Shown here piece after piece: positions 37,596-48,077 of a DNA stretch of 64,000 nucleotides. The translations under genes were made by a program, and so were the position numbers. Origin of the DNA: an uncultured Acidobacteriota bacterium (GTDB lineage: Bacteria; Acidobacteriota; Thermoanaerobaculia; Multivoradales; UBA5704); the NCBI GenBank assembly GCA_963732005.1, contig CAVSXT010000003.1:800218-864217 (forward strand), read 5' to 3'. The stretch's first letter is position 1; each line of letters begins with the position of its first letter. The notes beneath the pieces are model-generated. The model did no database searches and was not told the origin of the DNA. It saw nothing but the letters and a program-made list of their open reading frames with translations.

Positions 37596-38108
37596 CTACG
37601 GCAGATTCAGCGCCGGGCGCACGTGGCCGCGGTGGCAGGTGGTGCAGTTGACCAGCGGCTTGTGGTCGGTGTCGAGGCCCTTGATCTTGGGCAGGATCTC
37701 GTTGTTGATCTGGGTGTTCATCCGGATCATGCCGCGGGCGGCCTGCTTCTCCTTCTTCTCGTCGCTCTCCCAGTTGCCGGCGACGTGGCAGTGGGTGCAG
37801 GTGACTCCCAGGGCGCGGCTGTAGCCTTTCTCCATGATCGCCAGCAGCTGGCCGGCGGTGACCCCCTGCAGCACGTCGATGTCCATGAAGACCTTGCCGG
37901 CGGGCTCGTTCTCCTTGCCGGCAATCGACTTGTGGAGCTCGGCCAGAGCCTGCGCCTGGTCGAACTTCGCCGCGGGCTTGCCGGCCTCGGCGCCGGCCGC
38001 CTCCGGCTTCGCGGCTTCAGGCTTGGCGGGTGGGGGCGCCTGCCTGGCGGCGGCGACGGCGGCGAGCAGCAGGGAGAGGCCGAAGAGGACGGAGAAGCTC
38101 TTCTTCAT
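37596..38108 (-). CDS. di-heme c-type cytochrome (reaction-centre cytochrome-like family)
   Basis: Signal peptide; CTHCH and CTTCH motifs; conserved Met residues. Confidence 0.82.
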   Translation of the reverse strand: MKKSFSVLFGLSLLLAAVAAARQAPPPAKPEAAKPEAAGAEAGKPAAKFDQAQALAELHKSIAGKENEPAGKVFMDIDVLQGVTAGQLLAIMEKGYSRALGVTCTHCHVAGNWESDEKKEKQAARGMIRMNTQINNEILPKIKGLDTDHKPLVNCTTCHRGHVRPALNLP

Positions 38109-38291
38109 GAGGTTCGTCTCCTGGTCGGGTCGGTGGCTCGAAGGCTCGAACGGCCGCCATTCTAGCGCAGGCAGTCCGGCGCTCTCGGGCGAACGGCCAT
38201 CACGCCCGAGCGAAGGGTCCAGCCCAGCCGTCGAGACCCCGATCGAACGGCCTGGCCGTCAAGTCCCCGAGCGGAGGTTGCGGTCCTGCCG

Positions 38292-39926
38292 TCAAGTCCC
38301 CAGGCGGGGAGCCGGCGCGGGCGGCCCGCCGTCGTTGTGCCAGTCGCCGCCGGCGGCGATGAACAGCTGCGCCGTGTCAGCGAGGCGCTGGCCGACGGCG
38401 CGCACGTAGCTCAGGCGGGTCTCGGAATAGGTGTTCTCGGCGGAGATGAGCTGCAGCGCGCTGGTCTTGCCGGCCGCGTAGCTCGAGCGCTGCAGCGCCA
38501 GGGACCTGGCGGCGATGTCGCGCGCCCGCTGGGACACCGCCACCGACTCGGCGTCGTGCTGCAGCGCGGAGAGCGTGTCCGCGACCTGGCCGAAAGCCAG
38601 CAGGATGGTCTGCTGGTAAGTGGCGAGCTGAGCCTGGTAGGCGTCGATCGCGGCGCGCCGCTGCGCGTTCAGGGCGCCGCCGCGGTAGAGCGGCGCGTCG
38701 AGGCTGCCGCCGGCGCTCCAGGTCCTGCCGGCCGCCTGAAACAGGCCGGCCAGCGTCAGCGCGTCCTGGGCCAGGGAGGCGGACAGCGTGATCGATGGGT
38801 ACAGCTGAGCGGTCGCGACGCCGATCGCCGCGCTGTCCGCGTGCAGCTCGGATTCGGCCGCCAGGATGTCCGGGCGGCGGCGGACGAGCTCCGATGGCAG
38901 GCTCAAGGGCAGCTCGTCCGGCAGCGTCAGCTCGTCGATGTCGAAGTCCGGCGGCGATCCCTGGCCTGGGGCCCTGGCGGCGAGCACCGACAGCGCGTGG
39001 CGCGCGACGCTGAGCTGCTGGTTCAGGGAGGGCAGCTGGATGCGATCGCTCTCCAGCTGCGCCGCGGCGGTGAGGACGTCGCTCCTCGCCACCTTCCCGG
39101 CGTCGAACTCGCGCTGCACGAGGTCGAGGTTTTTCTGATCGTTCTTGATCAGGTCCTCCACGGTCGCGATCTGGAAGCGAGTCGAGGCGATGGTGATCGC
39201 CTCGGTGACGGTGTTGCCGGTCAGGGTCAGGTACGCCGCCGCCAGCTGGTAGCGCTGGGCATCCGCCAGCGCCGTCTCCTGCTCGACGTGCCGGCGGGTG
39301 CCGCCGAACGCATCGATCGAATAGCTGGCGGTCGGTCCCAGGGAAAAGAGGTTCGCGACCCCGCGCCCCGCGCCGGTGCCGGTGCCGCGCCGCGCGCCGG
39401 CGCTCAGATCGGCCTGCGGGAACAGCGCGGCGCGGGCCTCGATGATCGCCTCCTGGGCCTGCGCCAGGGTAGCCCTGGCGGCGGCGAGGCTGTAGCTGGC
39501 GGCGATCGCCTGGCGCAACGTCTCGTCGAGCCGCGGCGAATGGAACAGGTTCCACCATTGGTCGGGGATCTCGCGCCCTAGCGCGATGCGCTGGTTGGTG
39601 ACCGGGGCAGTCTGCGAGCTCTCGGGAGCCAGGGTGCTCGGAGGGCTCGCGGTGTTTGCCGGCGTTGCCGGTGTCGCCGGAGTCACCGGTGTCGCCGAGG
39701 TCCCGGGACTCGTGGGGCTCGCCGGCGGCGGCGCCGCCGCCGGCTCCGGCGGCAGGTAGGCGCCGACGTCCGGCGGCGCCGGTGGCTTCCAGTTCGGGCC
39801 CACCACGCAACTTTCCATTGCCAGCGCGAGGACCAGCGCCACTGCCAGCGGGAGCACCAGCGCGAACGCTGGCGCCATGACCATCGCCAGCGCCCTGGTG
39901 CGCGCCAGCTTTCGCTTATTATTCAT
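38292..39926 (-). CDS. outer-membrane efflux lipoprotein (TolC/NodT)
   Basis: Lipobox-like ESC, WWNLF, LPSELVRRRPDILAAE and A.IGVA.A.LYP. Confidence 0.9.
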   Translation of the reverse strand: MNNKRKLARTRALAMVMAPAFALVLPLAVALVLALAMESCVVGPNWKPPAPPDVGAYLPPEPAAAPPPASPTSPGTSATPVTPATPATPANTASPPSTLAPESSQTAPVTNQRIALGREIPDQWWNLFHSPRLDETLRQAIAASYSLAAARATLAQAQEAIIEARAALFPQADLSAGARRGTGTGAGRGVANLFSLGPTASYSIDAFGGTRRHVEQETALADAQRYQLAAAYLTLTGNTVTEAITIASTRFQIATVEDLIKNDQKNLDLVQREFDAGKVARSDVLTAAAQLESDRIQLPSLNQQLSVARHALSVLAARAPGQGSPPDFDIDELTLPDELPLSLPSELVRRRPDILAAESELHADSAAIGVATAQLYPSITLSASLAQDALTLAGLFQAAGRTWSAGGSLDAPLYRGGALNAQRRAAIDAYQAQLATYQQTILLAFGQVADTLSALQHDAESVAVSQRARDIAARSLALQRSSYAAGKTSALQLISAENTYSETRLSYVRAVGQRLADTAQLFIAAGGDWHNDGGPPAPAPRLGT

Positions 39927-42006
39927 AACGCAGCGCATCGATCGGATTGAGCCGGGAAGCCTGCCGGGCGGGATAGTAGCCGAAGAAGACGCCGATGGCG
40001 GCGGAGAACAGGAACGCGGCAATTACCACCACGGGGTACAGCAGCGTCGGCCAGCCGGCCACCATCGAGATCACCTTCGAGGCGATGACGCCCGACAGCA
40101 CACCGGCCCCGCCGCCCATCAGGCTCAGCAGCGACGCCTCGACCAGGAACTGCAGCAGGACGTGCAGGCGCCGGGCGCCGATCGCCATCCGGATGCCGAT
40201 CTCGCGGGTGCGCTCGGTGACCGACACCAGCAGGATGTTCATGATGCCGATGCCGCCGACGAGCAGCGAGATCGAAGCGATCGCCGCCAGCAGCAGCTCC
40301 ATGACCCGGCTGCTCTCCTCCGCCACCTCGGCGATCTCGGTGAGGTCGCGCACGGTGAAGTCGTCGGGCTTCCCGGGTTGGATGCGATGTTCCTTCTCCA
40401 GGGTCTGGGTGACCTGCTGCAGCGCCGTCTTGACCTCCTCCGGGCTGCGCGCCTGGACGAACATGGTGTGGACGAACCCCGTCAGCTTGGGCTGGATGCC
40501 GAACGGGTTGGGCGGCGGGACGAAGACCGTCGTCTGGTTCTGGGCCGAGCTCGGAGTGGCCACGCCCAGCACCCGCTCTTGCGAGGTGCGGAACGGCATC
40601 AGGACGACGTCGTCCTGATCCTGTCCCGACGCCGAGTGGCCCTTGATTGCCAGCACGCCGACCACCTCCATGGCGACGTTCCTGACCCGGATGCTGGCGC
40701 CGATCGGGTCCTGGAACTCGCCGAAGAGGTTCGCCAGCACGGTCTGGCCGAGGAGGCAGACCGTGGCGCCTTCGTTCTCGTCCTTGTCGGTCAGCTTGCG
40801 GCCGGCGATCACGTTCCAGTCGCGAATGGTCAGGTAGCTCGGAGTCACTCCCTGGACGCTGGTCGACCAGTTCAGGTTGCCGTTGACGACCTGGGCGTTC
40901 TGCCGGTTGACGAAGCTGAGGTTGGCCACGGCACCGTCTTCCTTGAGGATCGCGGCGCCGTCGGTGGTGCGCAGGGTCGAGGCGCTGCCGATGCCCGCGC
41001 GCACGCCATTGACGCGGGTCGTTCCCGGCAGCACCACCAGCAGGTTGGTGCCCAGGCTCTCGAGCTGCGCCTTGAGGGCGGCGCGCGCCCCCTCTCCCAC
41101 CGCCAGCATGGCGATCAGGGCGGCGACGCCGATGAAGATGCCGAGCATGGTCAGCGCCGAGCGCAGCTTGTTGCGGCCGATGCCGCGGCCGGCGGCGAGC
41201 AGCGCCATCCACAGGAAGGAGCGGACCTCGGCGAACGGCGCCGGCCGCTGCTCCGGCTCCTCGACGGGAGGTGGTTGACCGGTGGCGGCGGCGGCGATCC
41301 GCTCGTCCGACACGATCTCGCCGTCGCTCATCATGACGATGCGATCGGCGGCCTCGGCCAGCGAACGCTCGTGAGTCACCAGGACCACGGTCAGGCCGCG
41401 CTCGCGGTTCAGCGTCCGTATGGTGCCCAGGATCTCCTTGGCCGTCTGCGAGTCGAGATTGCCCGTCGGCTCGTCGGCCAGCAGGATGGTGGGGTTGTTG
41501 ATCAGGGCGCGGGCGATCGCCACCCGCTGCTGCTGGCCGCCGGAGAGCTGATTGGGATGGTTGCGCATCCGATCGGCCAGGCCGAGCAGGGTCAGCGTCT
41601 CGCGCACCTTCCTGGAGCTGTCGGTCAATTGGCCCGAGTAGAACAGGGGCAGCGCGACGTTCTCGGCGGCGCTGGTGCGGGCCAGCAGGTTGAAGCTCTG
41701 GAACACGAAGCCGATGCGCCGGCTGCGGATCCGCGCCAGCTCGGGCTCGTTCAGTCCCGCGACGTCGATGCCGTCGAGCAGGTACTCGCCGCTCGTCGGC
41801 AGGTCCAGGCACCCGACGATGTTCATCAGGGTCGATTTGCCAGACCCCGACGCGCCCATGATGGCGACGAACTCCCCGCGCTCGATCGTCAGCTCGACGC
41901 CGCGGAGCGCGTGGACCTCCTGATCGCCCAGCTGATAGACCTTGGTCACGCCGCGGACGGCGATGACCGCGTCGGGCCGCGTGCGTGTCACCTCGCCCGG
42001 CGTCAT
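39919..42006 (-). CDS. macB: MacB-type ABC ATPase-permease
   Basis: [36 protein letters not shown] and P..ALRYE. Confidence 0.92.
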   Translation of the reverse strand: MTPGEVTRTRPDAVIAVRGVTKVYQLGDQEVHALRGVELTIERGEFVAIMGASGSGKSTLMNIVGCLDLPTSGEYLLDGIDVAGLNEPELARIRSRRIGFVFQSFNLLARTSAAENVALPLFYSGQLTDSSRKVRETLTLLGLADRMRNHPNQLSGGQQQRVAIARALINNPTILLADEPTGNLDSQTAKEILGTIRTLNRERGLTVVLVTHERSLAEAADRIVMMSDGEIVSDERIAAAATGQPPPVEEPEQRPAPFAEVRSFLWMALLAAGRGIGRNKLRSALTMLGIFIGVAALIAMLAVGEGARAALKAQLESLGTNLLVVLPGTTRVNGVRAGIGSASTLRTTDGAAILKEDGAVANLSFVNRQNAQVVNGNLNWSTSVQGVTPSYLTIRDWNVIAGRKLTDKDENEGATVCLLGQTVLANLFGEFQDPIGASIRVRNVAMEVVGVLAIKGHSASGQDQDDVVLMPFRTSQERVLGVATPSSAQNQTTVFVPPPNPFGIQPKLTGFVHTMFVQARSPEEVKTALQQVTQTLEKEHRIQPGKPDDFTVRDLTEIAEVAEESSRVMELLLAAIASISLLVGGIGIMNILLVSVTERTREIGIRMAIGARRLHVLLQFLVEASLLSLMGGGAGVLSGVIASKVISMVAGWPTLLYPVVVIAAFLFSAAIGVFFGYYPARQASRLNPIDALRYE

Positions 42007-43817
42007 AGGCGCGGCGGCCCTCCCTGCGGTCCCTGGGGTCCCCCCTGAGGCCCCCCTTGACCGAACCCCTGGCGCTGTCCGGGGGCTGTGGCCCCGGTCC
42101 GTCGCGGCTCGTTCGGGGTGATCTCGTTGACCACCACCTTGTCGCCCGCGTGGAGGCCGGCGCCGGACACCTCGATCAAGGCGCCGTCGTCGAGGCCGGT
42201 GACCACCGGCACCGCTTTCAGGGTGCCGTCGCTCTGCAGCACCCAGACGCGGCTGCGATGCTGGCCGCCGCCGGCGGTCCGGCCGCCGGGTCCGTTCTCC
42301 GCGCCGCCGCCGCGCCTGCCTTCGGGGCCGCCGGGCGTCCCCTCGCGGCCACCGCCGAGCCTTCGCTGGTGGTCGCCGCTTCCACCCTCGGCTGCGGTGC
42401 CCTGCCCGCCCTCGTGCCCGCCGGCGAGCCTGCTCTCGCCGGTGCCGGGCCTGCCCTCGCGGCCGCCTCCGGGCCGGCCTTCGCCCCGGTGCTGGTGGGT
42501 CCCGTCACCCCAGCCGCCGCGCCCGCCTCCAGGGCGGTCCTCGCCCCCAGGACCCCCGCCGTGCTCGCCCTGGTGTCTGTGCCTGCCCTCTGACCCCTCA
42601 GGCGCCGCCGCGCTGCCAGCCGTGCCCATGGTCGGACCCTCGGAGGTGCCGCCCGCCCCGCTCTCGGGTCGCGCCTCGCCGCCGCCCACCGCCGCGACTT
42701 CGGTGTTTCCTGGTCCGCCGGGTCCACTCGGACTGCCCGCGCCACCGCCCGCCCCGCCCGCCGCCGCCCGCGCGCCGCCTTCCCCGCCGCGGCCCGGGGC
42801 GCCGCCACGGGCGCGGCCGAGCCCTTCGGGGTTGAACCGCACGGCGGGCAACGGCACCCGCAGGACGTTGTCGTGCTCGTCGGTCACGATGTGAGCGTCG
42901 GCGGTCATGCCGGGAAACAGGATGCGGTCGGGATTTGCCACCGCGACCACGACGTCGTAGGTGACGACGTTCTGCACCGTGATCGGCCCGCGCCGGATCT
43001 GCGTGACCTTGCCCCGGAAGACCTTGATGGGGAAGGCCTGGACGCTGAAATAGGCATCCTGGCCGACGCGGATCGAGCCGACGTCGGCTTCGCTGACGTT
43101 GGTGTCGACCTGCATGTGGGTGAGATCCCTGCCGATGAGGAAGAGAGTCGGGCTCTGCAGGCTCGCCGCCACCGTCTGCCCGACGTCGATCGAGCGGGTG
43201 ATCACGGTGCCGACGACCGGCGACACGATGTTGGTGTAGGCGAGGTTCACCTGCGCCGCCTTGAGCGTCGCCACCTTGTTGACGATCGACGCCTGGTCGA
43301 GGCCGATCTGGGCCACCGTCTGGTCGAGCGTGCTCTTGTCGTTGTCCACCGCGTCCTGCGACACGGTGCCTTCCGCCAGCAGCTTCGAATCGCGCGCGTA
43401 GGCGATCTTGGCGTAGACCAGCGCCGCCTGGTCCTTCTTGAGCTGCGCCTCGGCGGTGCCCACCTCGGCCTGGTCCTGATCGACGATCAGCTGGAACGGT
43501 ACGGGATCGATGGTGGCGCAGATCTGTCCCACCACCACCTCGGTGTTGAAATCGCATCCCAGCGACTTGACCGTGCCCGAGACGTAGGACCCGACCTGCA
43601 CCGTCACCACCGGATTGAGCGCCCCCGTCATGCTGACGTTGCGCTGGATGTTGCCGAGCGTCACCGTCGCGGTCACGTATTGCGGCCGCCGGCCCTTGGC
43701 CCGCCACCACAGGAAGCCGCCGCCGGCGAGCAGCGTCAGCACCACCGCCAGGAACCAGAACGGGTGGCGGCGTGGGAACGCTCCGATGGCGGCCATGGAA
43801 CCAGTCTCTCTTGCCAC
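42003..43817 (-). CDS. MacA-type periplasmic adaptor with long Gly-rich insertion
   Basis: N-terminal TM, VQVGSYVSG, I.SPV.G.VI, GQTVAASLQSPTLF and PGMTA. Confidence 0.88.
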   Translation of the reverse strand: MARETGSMAAIGAFPRRHPFWFLAVVLTLLAGGGFLWWRAKGRRPQYVTATVTLGNIQRNVSMTGALNPVVTVQVGSYVSGTVKSLGCDFNTEVVVGQICATIDPVPFQLIVDQDQAEVGTAEAQLKKDQAALVYAKIAYARDSKLLAEGTVSQDAVDNDKSTLDQTVAQIGLDQASIVNKVATLKAAQVNLAYTNIVSPVVGTVITRSIDVGQTVAASLQSPTLFLIGRDLTHMQVDTNVSEADVGSIRVGQDAYFSVQAFPIKVFRGKVTQIRRGPITVQNVVTYDVVVAVANPDRILFPGMTADAHIVTDEHDNVLRVPLPAVRFNPEGLGRARGGAPGRGGEGGARAAAGGAGGGAGSPSGPGGPGNTEVAAVGGGEARPESGAGGTSEGPTMGTAGSAAAPEGSEGRHRHQGEHGGGPGGEDRPGGGRGGWGDGTHQHRGEGRPGGGREGRPGTGESRLAGGHEGGQGTAAEGGSGDHQRRLGGGREGTPGGPEGRRGGGAENGPGGRTAGGGQHRSRVWVLQSDGTLKAVPVVTGLDDGALIEVSGAGLHAGDKVVVNEITPNEPRRTGATAPGQRQGFGQGGPQGGPQGPQGGPPRL

Positions 43818-43957
43818 TCTACCTCCGGGAGCCGACGGTCGCAGGGACGGTGCTCTGGCGCGAGGACACCACCAGCCCGGCCGCGGACGCGGCCGAACCG
43901 GTCTGAAGACAAGACGCGCCCGGGCGCGGCGCGGTTACAGGAGCTGGCACCGCGCGG

Positions 43958-45310
43958 TCAGGGACAGGGGAAGGCGACGGTGTCCTGGATCGGGGCGAAG
44001 GGGGCGCCCTGGGGGTTGACGTAGCGCCTGGCGTCGCCGGTCCTGGTGTCGACCACGGTGGTGATCACCTGGGCGTTGGTGAGGCCGGCGGCGAAGACCC
44101 AGAAGTGGCCGCCCAGGGCGCAGCCGTCGAGGACCTTGACCAGCATCTCGAGGTTGGCCCCGGCAAAGAACCAGAAGGCGCCGGTGTCGCCGGTCAGCGG
44201 GATGGTCTGCCCGGGGCCGCTGGCGGCGTCGGGCAGGACGTACTCGGTGGTCACGGCGAAGCGCGAAGTTTCGAGGCACAGCCGGGAGCCGCCCGGCGCG
44301 CAGGGGACCCGGGCGGCCGGCCCTTTCCAGCCCAGTTGCACGACCTCGAAGTCGGCGGCGGTGAGGCTGTCGAAGGCCGGGTTGAGGGTGTCGTTGTCCC
44401 AGCGGGTGTCGTAGGTCCCCTGGATGAACATGTCACTGCCGTTGTCGGCAAGGATCAGGCCGTAGGTCTTCATCGCCTGGAAGATCTTCTGCACGTAGGC
44501 CGGATAGCCCGAGATGTCCTTGGCGGCCTTCAGGCGCAGGCGGGCTCCCAGCGGCGGCGCCGCCGGGTTGGAGCCGGCGTCGTGAGATGCGGGGTAGACG
44601 TGGCCGTTGCTGTCGCGGACGGTGAAGCGGAAGGCGTGACGGATGGCGTCGGGGCCGAACACCTCGTCGTAGCGCACCAGGCCGGGGAGGATGGCGAGGC
44701 CGGCGGCGTCGGCACTGGTCCAACCCTCGGGGCGGCGGGTGTCGGCGTCGAGCGGGAACACCGCACCGGAGCCGGCTTCCCAGCGGCCGCCGTTCCAGTG
44801 CGCCTGGTAGAGCTCGAACAGGACACGGTGGTCGCGGTCTACCAGCAGCAGGTGGCAGTCGTCGTCGGTGCAGCCGCCGGGGTTGCCGCCCTCGATCCAC
44901 TTGGGCTGGGTGCGGGCGGCGACCGGGATCGGGTACCCGGGTGGCCGTCCCGGGGCACCGGCGTCGCTCTCGTCCGGGTAGAGCACGAAGGTGACCGGCT
45001 CGAGCGGCTCGCTGCCCGGCACCACCGCGTAGGGAAAGCCGAAGATGCCGTTGGGAGTGCCGGGATCGTCGCCGCCGAAGTCGGGGTGGAGGCCGCGACC
45101 GGCGCCGCCGATGAAGCCGATAAAGGCGCCGCTGGCGGGGTCCACCGGCGCCCCGCTGACGTCGAGGTTCCACCAGTTGTCCGGCGGCAGCAGCGGCAGC
45201 GGCGGCGGCGGCGCGGCGCCGAGCTGGGCGCTGGCGCGCCCGCCGAGCAGCAGGAGCAGCGCGACGGCGGCGGCGGGGGCCGCCGCGCCGCGCGCGCGCA
45301 AGCGGTGCAT
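43958..45310 (-). CDS. secreted hypothetical protein with lineage-typical C-terminal domain
   Basis: Signal peptide; conserved-looking core (PPDNWWN, D.HLL.VD, WTSADAAGL, YGLILADNG); C-terminal LCL..RF...FWFF...N.E.LVK.LDGC...FWVF..GLTN...DT.AF domain. Confidence 0.75.
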   Translation of the reverse strand: MHRLRARGAAAPAAAVALLLLLGGRASAQLGAAPPPPLPLLPPDNWWNLDVSGAPVDPASGAFIGFIGGAGRGLHPDFGGDDPGTPNGIFGFPYAVVPGSEPLEPVTFVLYPDESDAGAPGRPPGYPIPVAARTQPKWIEGGNPGGCTDDDCHLLLVDRDHRVLFELYQAHWNGGRWEAGSGAVFPLDADTRRPEGWTSADAAGLAILPGLVRYDEVFGPDAIRHAFRFTVRDSNGHVYPASHDAGSNPAAPPLGARLRLKAAKDISGYPAYVQKIFQAMKTYGLILADNGSDMFIQGTYDTRWDNDTLNPAFDSLTAADFEVVQLGWKGPAARVPCAPGGSRLCLETSRFAVTTEYVLPDAASGPGQTIPLTGDTGAFWFFAGANLEMLVKVLDGCALGGHFWVFAAGLTNAQVITTVVDTRTGDARRYVNPQGAPFAPIQDTVAFPCP

Positions 45311-45345
45311 AAAGGCGACTCTACCGCAGCTCGCTCCGCCGCGGC

Positions 45346-47019
45346 TCAGTGCGCCGGCGCCGGTTGCGCGCCGGCCGCGCCGGCGTGGTCGGCGCCGCCC
45401 GCGGCGTTCGAGGCCTGGGCGATGAAGCGGGCGATGTTGGCTTTCAGCTCCTGGCGGTCGGCCCGCCGGACGTACATCATGTGGCCGGCGTGGTAATAGG
45501 CCATCGACACCCGCGAGGCGTAGGTGGGGTCGAAGCCGAGATGGCTGAAGGTGTACTGGGTGGCGAAGAACGGCGTCGCCAGGTCGTAGTAGCCGTTGTT
45601 GACCAGCACCCGCAGATGGGGATTGATGGCCATTGCGAAGCGCAGGTCCTCGGCGACGTTGACGTACTGGTTGTCATAGGGGCGGTAGCTCCACGGCCGC
45701 ACCTTGTCGGTCAGCAGCTCGTAATTGAGCTCGCTCTTGAACCCCAGCTCCTTCTCGACGTAGTCGTTGAACACCGCGGCGAAGGGGCCGGCGAAGGCGG
45801 CGCTGGCCGGATCGAACTCGAAGCGCTCGCCGGCGGCCTGGCGGTCGATGCCCTTGAAGCGGCTGTCGAGGCGGCCGACGGTGAGGCGTTCGGAGCGCAG
45901 CAGCTCCTTGGTGAACTCGAAGATCGTCGGGCGCAGGTTGGCATCCTCGAGGAACGTCTCGGAGAGGCCGGTGTAGCGGGCCAGCTTCTGCGCGACCTGG
46001 CGGCGCTCGGCGGGACCGAGGTCGTTGCCGCGCATCAGCGCCAGGGTGTACTCGCCCGCCGCGAAGCGCTCCGACTCGGCGACCGCCTGCTGCACCTCCA
46101 TGCCTTGCAGATCGGCCGGCAGCTTCTTGTGATACCAGGCGGTGGCGGTGAAGGTGGGAAGGAAGAGGGGATACGGCAGGTCGTTGCCAACGTCGAAGCG
46201 CAGGGTCCCGAAGTTGAGCACCGAGGACACCAGCACGATGCCGTTGAGATAGACGTTGAGCTTCTCCTGCAGATATCGCGACAGCCCCGCCGAGCGGGTG
46301 GTGCCGTAGCTCTCGCCCGCCAGGAACTTGGGCGATCCCCAGCGCTCGAAGCGGGCGATGTACTCGCGGATGAAGTCGCCTACCGACTCGATGTCCTCGC
46401 GCACGCCGTGGAAGCTGGCCGGGTCCTCACCTGGCGCCGGCCGGCTGAAGCCGGTCGAGACCGGGTCGATGAACACCAGGTCGGTGACGTCGAGCAGCGA
46501 CTCCTCGTTGTCAGCGATCTGGTACGGCGGCGCCGGCGCCCAGCCTTCGTCGTCCATCACCACCCGGCGCGGCCCGAAGGCGCCCATGTGCAGCCAGGCC
46601 GAAGCGGAGCCGGGACCGCCGTTGTAGGCGAAGGTGATGGGGCGGTGGCCGGCGTCGGGACCGCCGTCGCGGGTGTAGGCGGTGAAGTAGATGGACGCCC
46701 GCACCTTGCCGTCGTCGTGCTTGAGCAGCATGGTGCCGGCGGTCGCGGTGTAGGCGATCTCGCGGCCGCCGATCCGCGCCCGGTGGTGGGTGGTGACCAG
46801 CTTCTCCTCGGCCGGGCGGCCCCGGTCGCGCTCGGCGCGCCCCCCCGGCTCCTCCGCCGCCCCGCGCGCCGTCTCCGGCGGCCGGTCGGCGCGCTGCCCC
46901 TCGGGCCGCGGCGCCGGCGGCGCCTCCGGTGGCCGCTGTGCCACGGCGGGAGCGCCGACCGCCAGCGCGGCAACCAAGGCAGCGGCAATCCACGGCAAAC
47001 CAGACCCGGTCCTCGACAT
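45346..47019 (-). CDS. peptidase S10 serine carboxypeptidase
   Basis: NGGPGSAS, FIDPVSTGFS, GESYG, GYYDLATP and GHMMY; signal peptide. Confidence 0.92.
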   Translation of the reverse strand: MSRTGSGLPWIAAALVAALAVGAPAVAQRPPEAPPAPRPEGQRADRPPETARGAAEEPGGRAERDRGRPAEEKLVTTHHRARIGGREIAYTATAGTMLLKHDDGKVRASIYFTAYTRDGGPDAGHRPITFAYNGGPGSASAWLHMGAFGPRRVVMDDEGWAPAPPYQIADNEESLLDVTDLVFIDPVSTGFSRPAPGEDPASFHGVREDIESVGDFIREYIARFERWGSPKFLAGESYGTTRSAGLSRYLQEKLNVYLNGIVLVSSVLNFGTLRFDVGNDLPYPLFLPTFTATAWYHKKLPADLQGMEVQQAVAESERFAAGEYTLALMRGNDLGPAERRQVAQKLARYTGLSETFLEDANLRPTIFEFTKELLRSERLTVGRLDSRFKGIDRQAAGERFEFDPASAAFAGPFAAVFNDYVEKELGFKSELNYELLTDKVRPWSYRPYDNQYVNVAEDLRFAMAINPHLRVLVNNGYYDLATPFFATQYTFSHLGFDPTYASRVSMAYYHAGHMMYVRRADRQELKANIARFIAQASNAAGGADHAGAAGAQPAPAH

Positions 47020-47147
47020 GGTTGAACCCTCCGAGCAGATTTCGATCCAACCTGGCATTACGCCTGACGCACCACAAGGTTCCCGCTGCCAAGCCGTCGG
47101 CGAAGCCCTCCGCTGCTTACGAATTAGTCCCCCGTTCGGCCGCGATG

Positions 47148-47167
47148 TGACAGCGCATGTGCTATCA
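47148..47167. promoter_or_regulatory. palindromic operator upstream of the TA operon
   Basis: TGACAGCGCA|TGTGCTATCA (8/10 inverted repeat) immediately before the PIN gene. Confidence 0.45.
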
Positions 47168-47175
47168 TCATTGAG

Positions 47176-47610
47176 GTGATCGTAGTGATCGACACCAGCG
47201 TGTTCGTCGCTGCGCTGCTGGGTCCAGCGGGCGCCAGTCGCAGCGTCTTGCAGGCCTGCCTCGATGGGCGTCTCTCTCCGCTGATGGGCACCGCTCTGTT
47301 CGCGGAATACGAGTCTTTACTCAGTCGCGAAGCCACGTTCCGCGGCTGCCTGCTCGACAGCGGCCAGCGCGAAACCGTCCTCGACGCTCTTCTGAGTGTC
47401 TGTCGTTGGACAGTGATCTACTTCAGTTGGCGTCCCAACCTGCGCGACGAGGCTGATAACCATTTGATCGAGCTCGCCGTAGCCGGCGGCGCAAGCGACG
47501 TGGTTACCAAGAATATGCGCGACTTCCGATTCGCGGAGCTTCACTTTCCGGGTCTGCGTATCTTGCAGCCCGAGGTGCTGCTCGAGGAGATGCTGTCATG
47601 GGGACCTTGA
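47176..47610 (+). CDS. PIN-domain toxin (PIN_3-like)
   Basis: VVIDTSVFVAAL, EYE, LRDEADNHLIELA and VVTKN.RDF. Confidence 0.88.
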   Translation: MIVVIDTSVFVAALLGPAGASRSVLQACLDGRLSPLMGTALFAEYESLLSREATFRGCLLDSGQRETVLDALLSVCRWTVIYFSWRPNLRDEADNHLIELAVAGGASDVVTKNMRDFRFAELHFPGLRILQPEVLLEEMLSWGP

Positions 47611-47855
47611 CGATTCGTTTGCCCGACGAAAAGCACGAGAAGCTGCGCCAGCTGGCGACCCGCCGCAAGATCAGCATAAACAAGCTGATCGAGGAGCTTT
47701 CGACGATCGCGCTGACCGATTTCGACGCCGAGACCCGCTTTCGTGCCCGCGCGGCGCTCGGCTCGCCGCGAGAGGGACTCCGGTTGCTGGACCATCTCGA
47801 TCACCAAGCTCCCGGCGGCGAGGGTCGGAGGTCAGCCAGGGAGCGCCGGCGTTGA
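47598..47855 (+). CDS. ribbon-helix-helix antitoxin
   Basis: TLTIRLPDEKHEKLRQLA...ISINKLIEE; overlaps the toxin stop. Confidence 0.82.
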   Translation: MGTLTIRLPDEKHEKLRQLATRRKISINKLIEELSTIALTDFDAETRFRARAALGSPREGLRLLDHLDHQAPGGEGRRSARERRR

Positions 47856-48077
47856 CTGGGCAGACCGTGCAGTCGGCCGGGGACGCCCCACCGGTGGCGC
47901 TCGCCGCTCGAGCACGCCATCTGCCATATCGATGGCGCGCTCTTCCTGTCTGATACACTTAAACATCAATTTGCCGCTATTGCCGGTCGGCATTTTCGCC
48001 CGTCTGTCCGTCTAGGGGATTAGCGTGGCCGGCAGCGGCCCGCGTCTCGAGCTTCTTCTCGGAAGGGGGGGGACCTC

